Source: Felis catus (Eukaryota). From it: 64,000 nt of DNA. The notes below the pieces were generated by a model, which saw only the letters and a list, made by a program, of their open reading frames with translations, was not told the origin of the DNA and did not search any database. Both the position numbers and the translations under genes were made by a program. The DNA is taken from positions 74,338,001-74,402,000 of the forward strand of contig NC_058373.1 of NCBI RefSeq assembly GCF_018350175.1, written 5' to 3'. Below are positions 25,756 through 36,899 of this stretch, in pieces; position 1 is the first letter of the stretch, and every line of letters starts with the position of its first letter.

Positions 25756-26349
25756 CTGAGGGCAGGGATCCTCATGAAGGTCTCATGGCCCAGCCTCCTC
25801 AGGAACAGCTCCAGCACCAATAAAGAGGCATCTCCTTGCCCAGGCTTCTTGGTGGTCCTTCTTCCTGGCCCCACCATCTGGGGCACCAGGGAAAGAGGGG
25901 GGTGAACACAGCTTTGCCGAAAGGGTCACCTGCAGCCTACCGCCTGACCATTCTTGGACTCAGGGCTAGGAAGGAATTGACACCATGGATGGCCAAGGAG
26001 CCCGTCTCCCCAGCCAGCCCCTTGGCCTGGGCATTTTCCCCCCCTGCCTCCTTTGTTCTTTCATGGAATTCAGTTGATATTTGAGGTCACCTAATAGACA
26101 CCAAGCAGGCACGATGGGGGAACACAGATGCACCGGTAGTACAGAGCTAGCCAGAGGCCTCAGGCCAGACTCCACGACACTGGCCTCCCTGGGAAGCAGT
26201 AGTGTTAACAGAGATCAAAGAGCATCTAAGGGAGTAGGGGACTGAGCCTGAGCGGGAAGGGGGCCCTCTTGTGTCCGACAGCGGGATTCCAACAGTGAGG
26301 TTCTCAGATGCTGCTTCCCCCTGGCGGCAAGCCGTTGCCCTGCAGCTCA

Positions 26350-26500
26350 AGCCACGTGATTTCTGAGAAAAGGCCCTTCCTGGAGGAGAACTGAAACTTA
26401 GGGTGGGGACTGTAGAAAGGGGCGGAGAGATCAGGAAGCTGCCTAGAAGGCTGCCGAGCTGAGGTCAGCTGGGTCCTGGGACAGCCAGCAAGCCGCTCAG
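26350..26500 (+). promoter_or_regulatory. IRF9 promoter and non-coding exon 1: E-box, GAS, ISRE-like element
   Basis: CACGTG 26353-26358, TTCTGAGAA 26361-26369, GAGAACTGAAACT 26386-26398, GC box, splice donor after 26500. Confidence 0.75.
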
Positions 26501-27265
26501 GTAAGATCAGCGGACATCCGGATGTCAGCGTGGGTCTAGAGCTAGAGGGCCCCGCCGGATTGGAGGTGGGGGGGCGGGGGCTCCTGGGGCCCCTCTGCCA
26601 AACAGGAATATAGAGACCGCCTGTGAGCCAGGACATAGGGGGTTTGGCCCGAGTGAGAGAGTGACTGGGGACCACTGTCCCCAGCCCTATAGGCAAAGAA
26701 CAGGAGGTCCCTGCTGTGGGTTGTTCAGGGAAGTCAGCCCCGGCTCCAGCTGACCCTGTTTGTTTTCTTGCTTTCTGGCCCTGCCCACTTCCGCTGGAGC
26801 TCTGCCCCACCTACCCCAGAGGCAAGAGGAGGGGACAGATGGGGGTCAAAGGATAGGTTGTGGGGGTGGTGGGTGAGGGATCTATGAAGCATCTTGCAAA
26901 CAGATACTGCCTTCGCAGATGCTTGGGGCAGAGACCGGGCCTCTCCCCAGGAACCACCCCAAGGGAGTTCTCTTCCAGACAACAGATTCCTGAAAAGTCA
27001 ATTTTAAGACAGTTTTAAGACCAGCGCCTAGGGTTTCCTTCCAGTTGTTGGAGCTTGGGATGTTAGGGTGTGTTTTTTGGTTACTAGTGATGGCAGAAAG
27101 AAACGGTTTGGCCTCAGGGAATTGTGAGAAATGTCCACAGGCAAAAGGTGGATGGGGTCTCTGGTGGCCCTTGCCAGAATCCAACCCCAGTGGTCAGGAT
27201 CTCTGCAAATGTTCCCTCCTGAAGTATCAGTTCCACTGATGCTGCCTGCTGCTCTTGTCCCCAGG

Positions 27266-30200
27266 ATGGCATCGGGCCGGGCACGCTGCACCCGAAAGCT
27301 GCGGAACTGGGTGGTGGAGCAAGTGGAGAGCGGGCAGTTCCCGGGGGTGTGCTGGGACGATGCAGCTAAGACCATGTTCCGGATTCCTTGGAAGCATGCA
27401 GGCAAGCAGGACTTCCGGGAGGACCAGGATGCCGCTTTCTTCAAGGTGAATGGGCCTGGAAACCAGCCCCTCCGAAGAGGGGTGGAGTAGACACAATCTC
27501 TCACCCTCAAGAGGTCTGCCTGGGTTTCAGATAAAGGGGAGATGGGAGGGTAGAGCCAGCCGCATTGTTGTCACAGCCCAAGACAAAATGAAAATTCAAA
27601 AATTGTTAAGGATCTCAAGACGGCAGCAGCAGAGCGGGGACCTGAGCACTGGGCCTTCTGTGCAGGTGCTCAGGCCGCAGGTGCCCGCAGCCGGCTGTAG
27701 GAGAGGGTCAGCTGGGCAGGTTAACATGCTGTCTCCTCTTTACTTCCTGTGTTTCTCAGGCATGGGCGATATTTAAGGGGAAGTACAAGGAGGGAGACAC
27801 AGAAGGCCCTGCTATCTGGAAGACTCGTCTGCGCTGTGCTCTCAACAAGAGCCCCGAATTTGAGGAGGTTCCTGAAAATGGCCATAGGGATGGAGCTGAG
27901 CCCTACAAGGTGTATCGGCTGCTGCCATCGGGGACCCTCCCTGGTGGGTGTCCCCTTGCCCAGCCGCTCCTAGAATCAGCAGACGTGGACAGGGGGAGGA
28001 TGGAGATAGGAGGTTTCTGGGAGGGTGGTGGGCCTCCCTCCAGGCCCCTCAGTCAGAGTTCTGCCCTGTCCCTGGGGTACTCCTACCCACGTTCCCCTGC
28101 CTGGTCCTGCACATTCTTTCACTGTCTCCTCTCTCCTTTACCCTCTGTTCCCACTTAAGGCTCTGACCTTTCTCCCCCTCCACAATATTCCACAGCCCAG
28201 CCAGGGACCCAGAAATCACCATCAAAGCGACATTACAGTTCTGTGTCCTCTGAGAGGGAAGAGGATGCGGGTACCACAAAGAACTGCATACTCAGTCCCT
28301 CTTTGATTGAGGACCCCCTCAAAAACGTAAGAGCTGGGGAGGGAACGGAGTGGGCCTGAGGGCAGGAGAGTAAACTAGGGGAGAGGTCAGCCAACGAATA
28401 GACACTGTGTCTGCAGGAGGAGGTGGGGGCCAGTGGGGAAGCAGGCCATTCAGAATTTGGGAGCAGCAGCAGCAGCAACAGCCCTGAGCCTCAGGAAGGT
28501 ACCACCTCCCCTGCCTCTGTGTTGTTCCCCTACAGCCACTCCCTCTGGCCCTTGGATTCCCCAGTCCCCATCTGAATGACATGCCTCTGCTTCCCTTATA
28601 GGTACAGACACAACAGAAGCCCCTTTCCAAGGAGATCAGGTGTCATTGGAGAGTCTGCCTCCTCCAGACTCAGGTGTGTGGTGTTTCTGACTCCTCTCTG
28701 CTCTCTGTCCCCCCAGGTTGTCTCCCTGTAGCTACACATGCATTATCAAGGATGTCGGGGCTTGCAGGAAACAGGGCCCACCTTATCCAGACAGAGGCAT
28801 TGCTTTCCAGGTGGGACACCTGGGCAGACTCCAACCTCCCAACAGCTCACTTCTCAAAAATACTCCTCATGTTCTCTCTCTCTCTCTCTCTCTCCCTCCC
28901 CCCCCCCTTTTTGCTCAAAATGAATAAATAAACTTAAAAAAGGGGGGGGGATGGGTGAAGGGAGCGCTTGGGTGGCTCGGTTGGTTAAGCGTCCCACTCT
29001 TGGTTTTGGCTCAGGTCGTGATCTCATGGTTTGTGGGATTGAGCCTGGCGTTGGGCTCTGAGTTGAGAGCGTCTAGCCTGCTTGGGATTCTCTCTCTGCA
29101 GCCCCCCTCAAAATGAATAAATAAACATTTTAAAAAGTATCCCCTATGCACTCTGTTCCCTGGAAATTCACTTTGAGACATTCATTTCTGTGGGTCAAGT
29201 GGAGACCTAGTCTTCGGGACCTTCTTATAAACCGTAAGACCCTGGGCATTAAGCCTTGAGGCCTCAGTGGGCATCAGCTACCCTTGTGAGTGATGGCAAA
29301 GCCTCACAGGATGCCCCCTGGCTGGTAGGGTTGGTGAGAGGGCAGATGGGGAGGGAAGTGCCTTCTCTAACCACAGAAGGTCAGACTGCTACCCCTGCCC
29401 TTGCTTGTGTTCCCCTGGGCCTCACGTTTCTCACCAGCAAAATGAGGATGTGGGGTTTGCCGGTGGCCCCTCCTCATTCCCCAGGACCTGGTGCTGGCCG
29501 GGTGGACCCCTGGGGTGAAGCACTGGTGCAGCTGGCCATTCTCTGTTCGCAGACTACTCGCTGCTGCTTACCTTCATCTACGGTGGGCGCGTGGTGGGCG
29601 AAGCCCAGGTGCAGAGCCTGGACTGCCGCCTTGTGGCTGAGCCCTCAGGCTCCCAGTATGGGATGGAGCAGGTGGTGTTTCCCAAGCCTGACCCACGAGA
29701 GCCCACCCAGCGCCTGCTGAGCCAGATCGAGAGAGGTGTCCTAGTGGCCAGCAACTCCAGAGGCCTCTTTGTGCAGCGTCTCTGCCCCATCCCCATCTCC
29801 TGGAACGCGCCCCAGGCGCCACCCGGTCCAGGCCCGCATCTGCTGCCCAGCAATGAGTGCGTGGAGCTCTTCAGAACCACCTACTTCTGCAGAGGTGAGC
29901 CTGTTCCAGTTGAGCTGAGCCCCTGCCCCCTTCTCTTAGGACCCCCTGGGACCTTGCAGGCTCTGCCACCACCCTGTGTTCCTTCCAGTAGATCCTTCGT
30001 TACAGCCCAGGCATGGCACCCTGCACTTGAGTGGTGCACACACATCCTGTGGGGCCCTGTGCTCAGCCCTGGCAGCTGTCTGGCAGCCAGCCTTCCCCAG
30101 CCAAGGTCTCGGAAGATGAGGCTCGGATGCAGCTCAGCACACGAGTCACATGTTGGGGACTGCCACCACATGGCAGCATGCAGTAAAGGGAAGGTGTACC

Positions 30201-31214
30201 TCGCGGCCCTCTCCTGCATATGCACTTGCACGAGCTGACCCCATATTTGGGAGAGCTTGCACACCTCCCACACACTAGCCCTGCTGCACCCCAGGCTGCT
30301 CCTCGGGTTGTCCTTCTCCCGTCCGCCCCTGCCTGAGATTCCACTTCCTGCCTCCATTCACCTCTAAATCTCACCTTGGGAGTGGAGGCCAGGAGTACAG
30401 GGGACGCAGAGTGGGAGTGTTGCAGGGCCACGCATGCCCTCGGCAGGGAGGGTGCGAGCAGACAATAGAGGTGGGGACACTTCTGTGTTAGCAGCCCAGG
30501 CTGCTGCCTTGAGGACTCTAAGCTCTTCCAGCAGAGAGCTTTGAGGGTGTATAAAAATCGGTTACCTCTAAATACTTCTTACTTGAAAAAGGGGCACCTT
30601 TTCCTACTTGCACATGGGTGAGTAGCAGCTTAGTTGCTGGCATCCCTCCTGGTATGAGGCAACAGCCGTGACCCTGCAGCTCCTGCTCTGGCCTTGGTCT
30701 CCGATTGGCCCCACACCCACCCCTCTTTCTCCATGATGGGTCCCTCTCTATTCCCTCCCTGCCTGTGGCCTCTGCCTTCTTTCTTCCAACCCTTGATCCT
30801 TTCTCTTTCATCAGACCTGGCCAGGTACTTCCAGGGCCTGGGCCCCCCACCCAAGTTCCAGGTGACTCTGAACTTCTGGGAGGAGAGCCCTGGCCCCAGC
30901 CACACCCCGAAGAGTCTTATCACAGTGCAGGTGAGTTCAGGGCAAGGGAAGACTAGCCTGCCTGTGTGAGTGGGGTGTAGGGGGTTCCAGGTGGAGAAGG
31001 GCCTTTGGTTGGCAGGGAGGAACTCCTGGGGGTATGTCTGCCCCAGCTGTGCTCATGATACTCTCCCCCACCTTTCCTGGCACAGATGGAGCAGGCCTTT
31101 GCCCGACGTTTACTGGAGGAGACTCCTGAGGAGCAGGCAGCCGCTCTCTCCCTGCTGCAGAGCCTGGGAGACCCGCCTTCCTCCTCTTCGCTCTGTTCCT
31201 CCTATCTCCTTTGA
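27266..31214 (+). CDS. IRF9: Interferon regulatory factor 9 (ISGF3 gamma), 8 coding exons, 411 aa
   Basis: Exons 27266-27445, 27760-27943, 28196-28326, 28417-28498, 28602-28673, 29553-29894, 30815-30930, 31086-31214 total 1236 nt. MASGRARCTRKLRNWVVEQ Trp-repeat DNA-binding domain and IAD. Non-coding exon 1 donor CAG|GTAAGA after 26500; AATAAA 31497-31502. Confidence 0.97.
28865..29135 (+). mobile_element. CAN-SINE tail fragment plus CAN-SINE in an IRF9 intron
   Basis: (CT)n and AAAATGAATAAATAAAC tails; head near 28960. Confidence 0.75.
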
Positions 31215-32676
31215 AAGAAACTCATTCTCCACACTGTTGACCTGGCTCCCTTGGTGATCATTCTTGGTGGTTGTCTGTGATGGTTGTGTCCTTGAACTGC
31301 TCGTGTACCTGGCTGGTGGAGAACTGAAGGATGATTTTTATCCTTTTTTTAAGTTTGAGATATACCCTCTTTCATTTCTGAGAAACTGAATTGGGAAAAG
31401 TCCAAATGGTGTGAACTCAGAGGACCTTTCCTGCTTCCCCCAACCCTAAAGCCAAGCACTTTATATTTTCTTCTTAGATGTTCACTGGGGATTTAAAATA
31501 AAACTTTATTGAAAGAGGAGTCATTATCTGCTTTGTTGGGATGAAAAGGTAGGTAGCAGGGGTCACAGGGAAATGATAGAGATGTAATTTCAGAGCGGTG
31601 TACTTGGGTTTTCTTCCTGCTGACCTCTCCAGGCCCCTTTCCCCTCCTCCACCCGCAGCTTCTGGCTAGGAAGCTGTCTGGCCTCTGTGGGTTCTGAGTT
31701 TGGGGAGAGGATTGAGGTTAGCCACCCAGAAGAGCACAGCCTACAGCTGCTGTAGCCACCAACTTCACATGGAAAAATCTGGGCTCCACGGTTCTTGGCT
31801 AGAGGCCTCTGATTCGGGCCTTACAAGCGGCTTAGGGTTGGACTCTGGCTGGAGGTCTAAATGAACAGGAGAACTTGAAGTTGACCTCAAACTATGGACT
31901 AGAGGTGCTGGGGTCTGGGAGGGGAGGGGAAATCAGAGGGAAGAAAGAGCTTCTGTGCCTCCTGTGCCGAGGGCAGACCAGGCCCTGGTATCTCTTCTCC
32001 CAGTATATGGGGCACTGTCGCCCCAACATAAGGGGACTCCCAAACTGGTTTCCTTGCTCTACCTAGACCCCACCAAAGACCATGTGGCCTAGACTGCCAT
32101 GTCACCAACACTCTGTTCGTTGAGATGTGAGGGCCCTAAAGCAACTGACACTTCTTTCCCATACCCCCTGTGTTTATTTTGCCACCAAACTGGAAGTTCT
32201 TCCTTTACAGGCAACTTGTCATCTTACCTCTCCATTCACATCCAGCAGATTAGTTCAGACGTAAGTCCGACTTAACCAACTGCCACAGCATCCAGCTTCC
32301 CCCCTCCTATATGTGACACCAGCTTGGAGGAGGAGGAGCCTCCCAGACCAGACTTTCCTGTCCTTTCGCTCTTATAAGCCTTCCCTGGCTCACCTGTGTG
32401 ATCAAGCCTAGATGCCTAGATCCTCGAGGATCTTCTTGCTGTCTCACTTGACAAACTTCAGTGCTGCTTTTGAGCCTTTCTGCCTCCTTGGACCTTCGTT
32501 CTCTTCAGTCTTGCCCATCATCCTCCTGAGAAGCCAAGAGTCCAAACAGGAATCTGCATTAGCAGGGAAGAAAGCAGGTACTGGGTGCACAGGTACGCAA
32601 GCCTTATTGTGCCCTTGATTTTCTAAGATTCCTCCTGGCCTGCCTTCTTTGCACTTGCTGTCTCCTTGACTTCCAT

Positions 32677-34560
32677 TTTATTTCTTTTCTTTATAATTTT
32701 AATTCTAGTCTAGTTAACATACAGTGTTAAACTAGTTTCAGGGGTACAATATAGTGATTCAACAGTGCTATACATTGCTCAGTGCTCACTGTGATAAGTG
32801 TACTCTTTTTTTTTTTTTAATTTGATGTTTATTTTTGAAGGAGAGAGAGGCAGAGCATGAGTGGAGGAAGTGCAGAGAGAGAGGGAGACACAGAATCCAA
32901 AGCGGGCTGCAGGCTCTGAGCTGTCAGCACAGAGCCCGACACGGGGCTCGAACCCACAAACTGTGAGATCATGACCTGAGCCGAAGTCGGATGCTTAACC
33001 GACTGAGCCACCCAGGCACCCTGTGATAAGTGTACTCTTAATCTCCACCTAGTTCACCCATCCCCCCCACCCACCTCCCCTCTGGGAACCATCTGTTCTC
33101 TATAGTTAAGAGTCTGTTTTTTGGTTTGTCTTTTTTTTCCCCCTTTGTTCATTTGTTTCTCAAAATTGCACATATGAGTGAAATCAAATGATATTTGTCT
33201 TTCTCTGACTCACTTATTTCATTTAGCATATATTCTAGATCCATGTGTGTTGTTGGAAATGGCAAGATTTCATTGTTTTTTCTGGATGAATAATATACCA
33301 ATGAATAGGTATACCACTTCTTTATCCATTCATCTATCGATGGACACCTAGTCTGCTCCGTATCTTGGCTATTGTAAATAATGCTACAGTAAACATAGGG
33401 GTGCACACATCCTTTTGAATTAGTGCTTTCGTATTCTTTGTAGTAGTGGAATTACTGGATCATATAGTAGTTCTATTTTTAATTTTTTTTTTCAACTTTT
33501 TTTTTTTTTTTTTTGGGACAGAGAGAGACAGAGCATGAACGGGGGAGGGGCAGAGAGAGAGGGAGACACAGAATCGGAAACAGGCTCCAGGCTCCGAGCC
33601 ATCAGCCCAGAGCCTGACGCGGGGCTCGAACTCACGGACCGCGAGATCGTGACCTGGCTGAAGTCGGACGCTTAACCGACTGCGCCACCCAGGCGCCCCT
33701 ATTTTTAATTTTTTAAGGAACTTCCATACTGCTTTCCACAGTGGCTGCATGAGTTTGCATTCTCACCAACAGGGACGATGGGTTCCTTTTCCTCTACGTC
33801 CTTTCCTTGTTTCTTGTGTTTTTGACTTTAGCAATACTGACAGGTGTGAGGTGAGATCTCATTGTGGTTTTGATATGCATTTTCCTGATGATGAGTGATG
33901 CTGAGCATCTTTTCATGTATTTGTTGACCATCTGGATGTCGTTGGAGAAATGTCTGCTCATGTCTTCTATTTTTTTAACCAGATTATTTTTTTGGTGTTG
34001 TATCAGTTCTTTATATTTCATTTTCATTGTCTCCATGTATTTTTTTAATTTCCTCTTTGATTTCTTAGTTGACCCATTCATTGTTTAATAGCATGTTATT
34101 TAACCTCCATGTATTTGTGGTCTTCCAGATTTTTTCTTGTGGTTGGTTTCTAGTTTCATAGTGTTGTTGTTGTTAGAAAAGATACTAAAAAGACTTTGAT
34201 GTTTTCGAATTTGTTGAGACTTGTTTTGTGGCCTAATATGTGATCTGTTCTGGAGAATGTTCCATGTGCACTTGAAAAGAATGTATTCTGCTGTTTTAGG
34301 ATGGAATGTTCTGACTAGACCTGTTAAATCCATCTGGTCCAGTGTGTCATTCAAAGCCACTGTTTTCGTATTGATTTTTTGTTTAGATGATCTGTCCATT
34401 GGTGTGAGGGTTAAAGTCCCCTACTATTATTGTATTACTATTGATCACTTCGTTTATGTTTGTTATTAACTGCTTTATGTACTTGGGTCCTCGCATGCCA
34501 GGTGCATCAATATTTATAATTGTTACATTTTCTGGTTGCATTATCCGATTTATGATTATA
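32677..34560 (-). mobile_element. Carnivore L1 with an internal deletion, carrying two CAN-SINE insertions (about 32808-33021 and 33480-33699)
   Basis: Endonuclease-domain peptides (IIVGDFN, MDRSSKQKIN..LNDTLDQMDL) joined to ORF2 C-terminal peptides ([28 protein letters not shown]) and 3'UTR. SINE TSDs tgtgataagtgtactctt and ctatttttaattttt. Confidence 0.88.
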
Positions 34561-34679
34561 TCATGTCCTCTTACATTTTCTGTCATAACCCACATCCAGG
34601 CCATCAGCAAATCCTATCATTATTCCTTTAGAATCTTTCCAGAATCTGACCACTTTTCTCTGTTTCTACCACTAACACT

Positions 34680-35102
34680 TTTTTTTTTTAATGTTTTCTT
34701 ATTTATTTTTGAGATAGTGAGAGTGCAGGGGAGGGACAGAGAGGGAGAGAGAATCCCAAGTAGGCTCTGTGCTATCAGCACAGAGCCCAAATTAGGGCTT
34801 GAATTCACAAACTGTGAGATCATGACCTGAGCTGAAATCAAGAGTCAGACGATGGGGTGCTAGAGTGGCTCAGTTGGTTAAACATCTGACTTCGGCTCAG
34901 GTCATGATTTCACAGTTCATGAGTTCGAGCCCCACATCGGGTTCTGTGCTGACAGCTCAGAGCCTGGAGCCTGCTTCGGGTTCTGTATCTCCCTCTCTGC
35001 CCCTCCCCTGCCCATGCTCTGTCTCTCTCTCTCAAAAATAAACATGTAAAAATTTTTTTTAAAGAGTCAGATGCTTAACCTACTGAGCCACCCAGATGCC
35101 CC
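34680..35102. mobile_element. Minus-strand CAN-SINE interrupted by a plus-strand CAN-SINE
   Basis: Inner TSD aagagtcaga(c/t)g at 34840-34851 and 35062-35073; outer repeat ctaccactaacac. Confidence 0.85.
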
Positions 35103-35730
35103 TACCACTAACACGTTGGAACAAGCTACTATCATCTCTCACACCTCTTTCTGCTTCCTTCCACATCTTCTTTTCTTCCTCCACTCTTGTCCACCTTCAG
35201 CCTATTTCCAACACAATAGAGATCCCCTTAACACATAAATCTCATCATGTCAGTCAAAACCCTCCATTGGCTCTTAACTCATTCAGAGTTAAAGCCCAGA
35301 TCCTTAAAGTGGCCTCCAAGGTCCTTGTGCTGTGTGGCCCCTATCCACCTCTCTAACCTCACCGCTTGCCATTCTTGTTCCAGGCTTCTTGAACCCACCA
35401 CATTTCTGCCTCAGGACCTTTGCACTTGCTGGTTCTTTGGTCTAAAATATTCTTCCTTTAGGTAGGTGCATGTTGTCTCCTCTCTTCAGAGGGGGCTTCC
35501 CTAAGCACTCTACCTAAATAGCAGCCCTCACTACTCTCTATTCTCCTATGAGGCCTCATTCTCATAGCACTGATCACCATTTCACATATTTCTGTTTGTC
35601 TCCTTGCTTATCATCTCTCTTACCCTAATGCGTTAGAACAGGGACTTGTTTTGTTCACTGCTCTATCTCCAGTGCCTCTATAGAGGAGTGTGTGGCATGT
35701 AGTAGGCATCTCATAAATGCTTGTTGAATG
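35103..35730 (+). mobile_element. L2 3' fragment
   Basis: L2-like motifs CCTCAGGACCTTTGCACTTGCTG, TTTTGTTCACTGCT.TATCTCCAGTGCCT and terminal TAAATGCTTGTTGAATG. Confidence 0.65.
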
Positions 35731-36129
35731 GAGGGATGGATGAACAAATTAGTCTATTGCTTATTTCCTAAACTAGGTTCTAAGTACCTTAAGGGTAGAT
35801 GCCCCCACCTTATCATCTCTGTGCTCTAATGTGAACTTATAAACACTGACAACATATGTACAGTGACTGAAACAATTTGTATTATGCAGAAACCATCTTA
35901 AACAAGCACAAGTTGACTAGGTACTGGAAATGCTGGAATTCGAGAGAGCAGAGTTCCCAGCCAGGCTGTCATTAAAGAGCTGTGTGGTCTGGGAAAACCT
36001 GTCTTATATGGGCCTCTGTTTCTCATCTGAAAGGCAAGTCTTAGACTAGATTTTGAAATCCCAGTCAGCCTTGAATTTTTGTGGTTGTAAATTTAGGGTA
36101 ATTGCATATTCACTTGACAAATGTTTTTG

Positions 36130-36342
36130 GTTTTTTTAAATATTTATTTTTGAGAGAGAGAGACAGACAGACAGAATGCAGGCAGGGGGGGGGCAGAGAG
36201 AGAGGGAGACACAGAATGCAAAGCAGGCTCAAGGCTCTGAACAGTCAGCACAGAGCCTGACTCAGGGCTCGAACTCTTGAACCACAAGATCAGGACCTGA
36301 GCTGAAGTCAAATGTTTAACCAACTGAGTCACCCAGGCGCCC
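36130..36342 (-). mobile_element. CAN-SINE with TSD cacttgacaaatgttt
   Basis: Full-length minus copy; the repeat is seen near 36111 and 36347. Confidence 0.85.
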
Positions 36343-36899
36343 CAACCACTTGACAAATGTTTACTGAGCTGGGTTCCAGGAACTAGTTGGGGGAAAAAAA
36401 AAAAATCTCAATCTCAAGAGCTCCCAGACTGAAGGAACAAAACAAAATAGGGTCAGCTCAGCCACAATAATTGAGTGTTAAAGAGGCAGAGAAGCATGCC
36501 CTGGGGAAGGGCATTCTAAGCCAAAGAAATGGCTGTACAAAGGCAGGAGGCATGGAGACAAAGAATTGTTGGAGCCAAATGGCTTTTGTATGCAGAGAGG
36601 TATGCCCTGAATCCCACAAAGCTGAAATCTATTCCAGCCAGGGGAACATTCACAACTGGAAAATAGCCAGATGGGGCAGGCCCAGAGCCTAAACTGTTCA
36701 AATTTAGGAAAGGACCCAGCAAGTTCTCTCAGGGCTTCCTGTGAGATCTGACTTTTTCCTCACCGGTCTGTGGCGCCTCCAAGGCCACCCACACCGTTTC
36801 CACCTCCCCAGCTCACGACAGGCCCAAGTCTGGGCACAAAAGGCAGACCAATTTTTGGTATTTTGTTGGTGCCTGGTTGGATTTGGGGGAAAGGGCAAC

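Noticed and set aside
28461-28482. (AGC)5 repeat in IRF9
   Set aside because: Short poly-Ser in the linker region; ordinary and not expanded.
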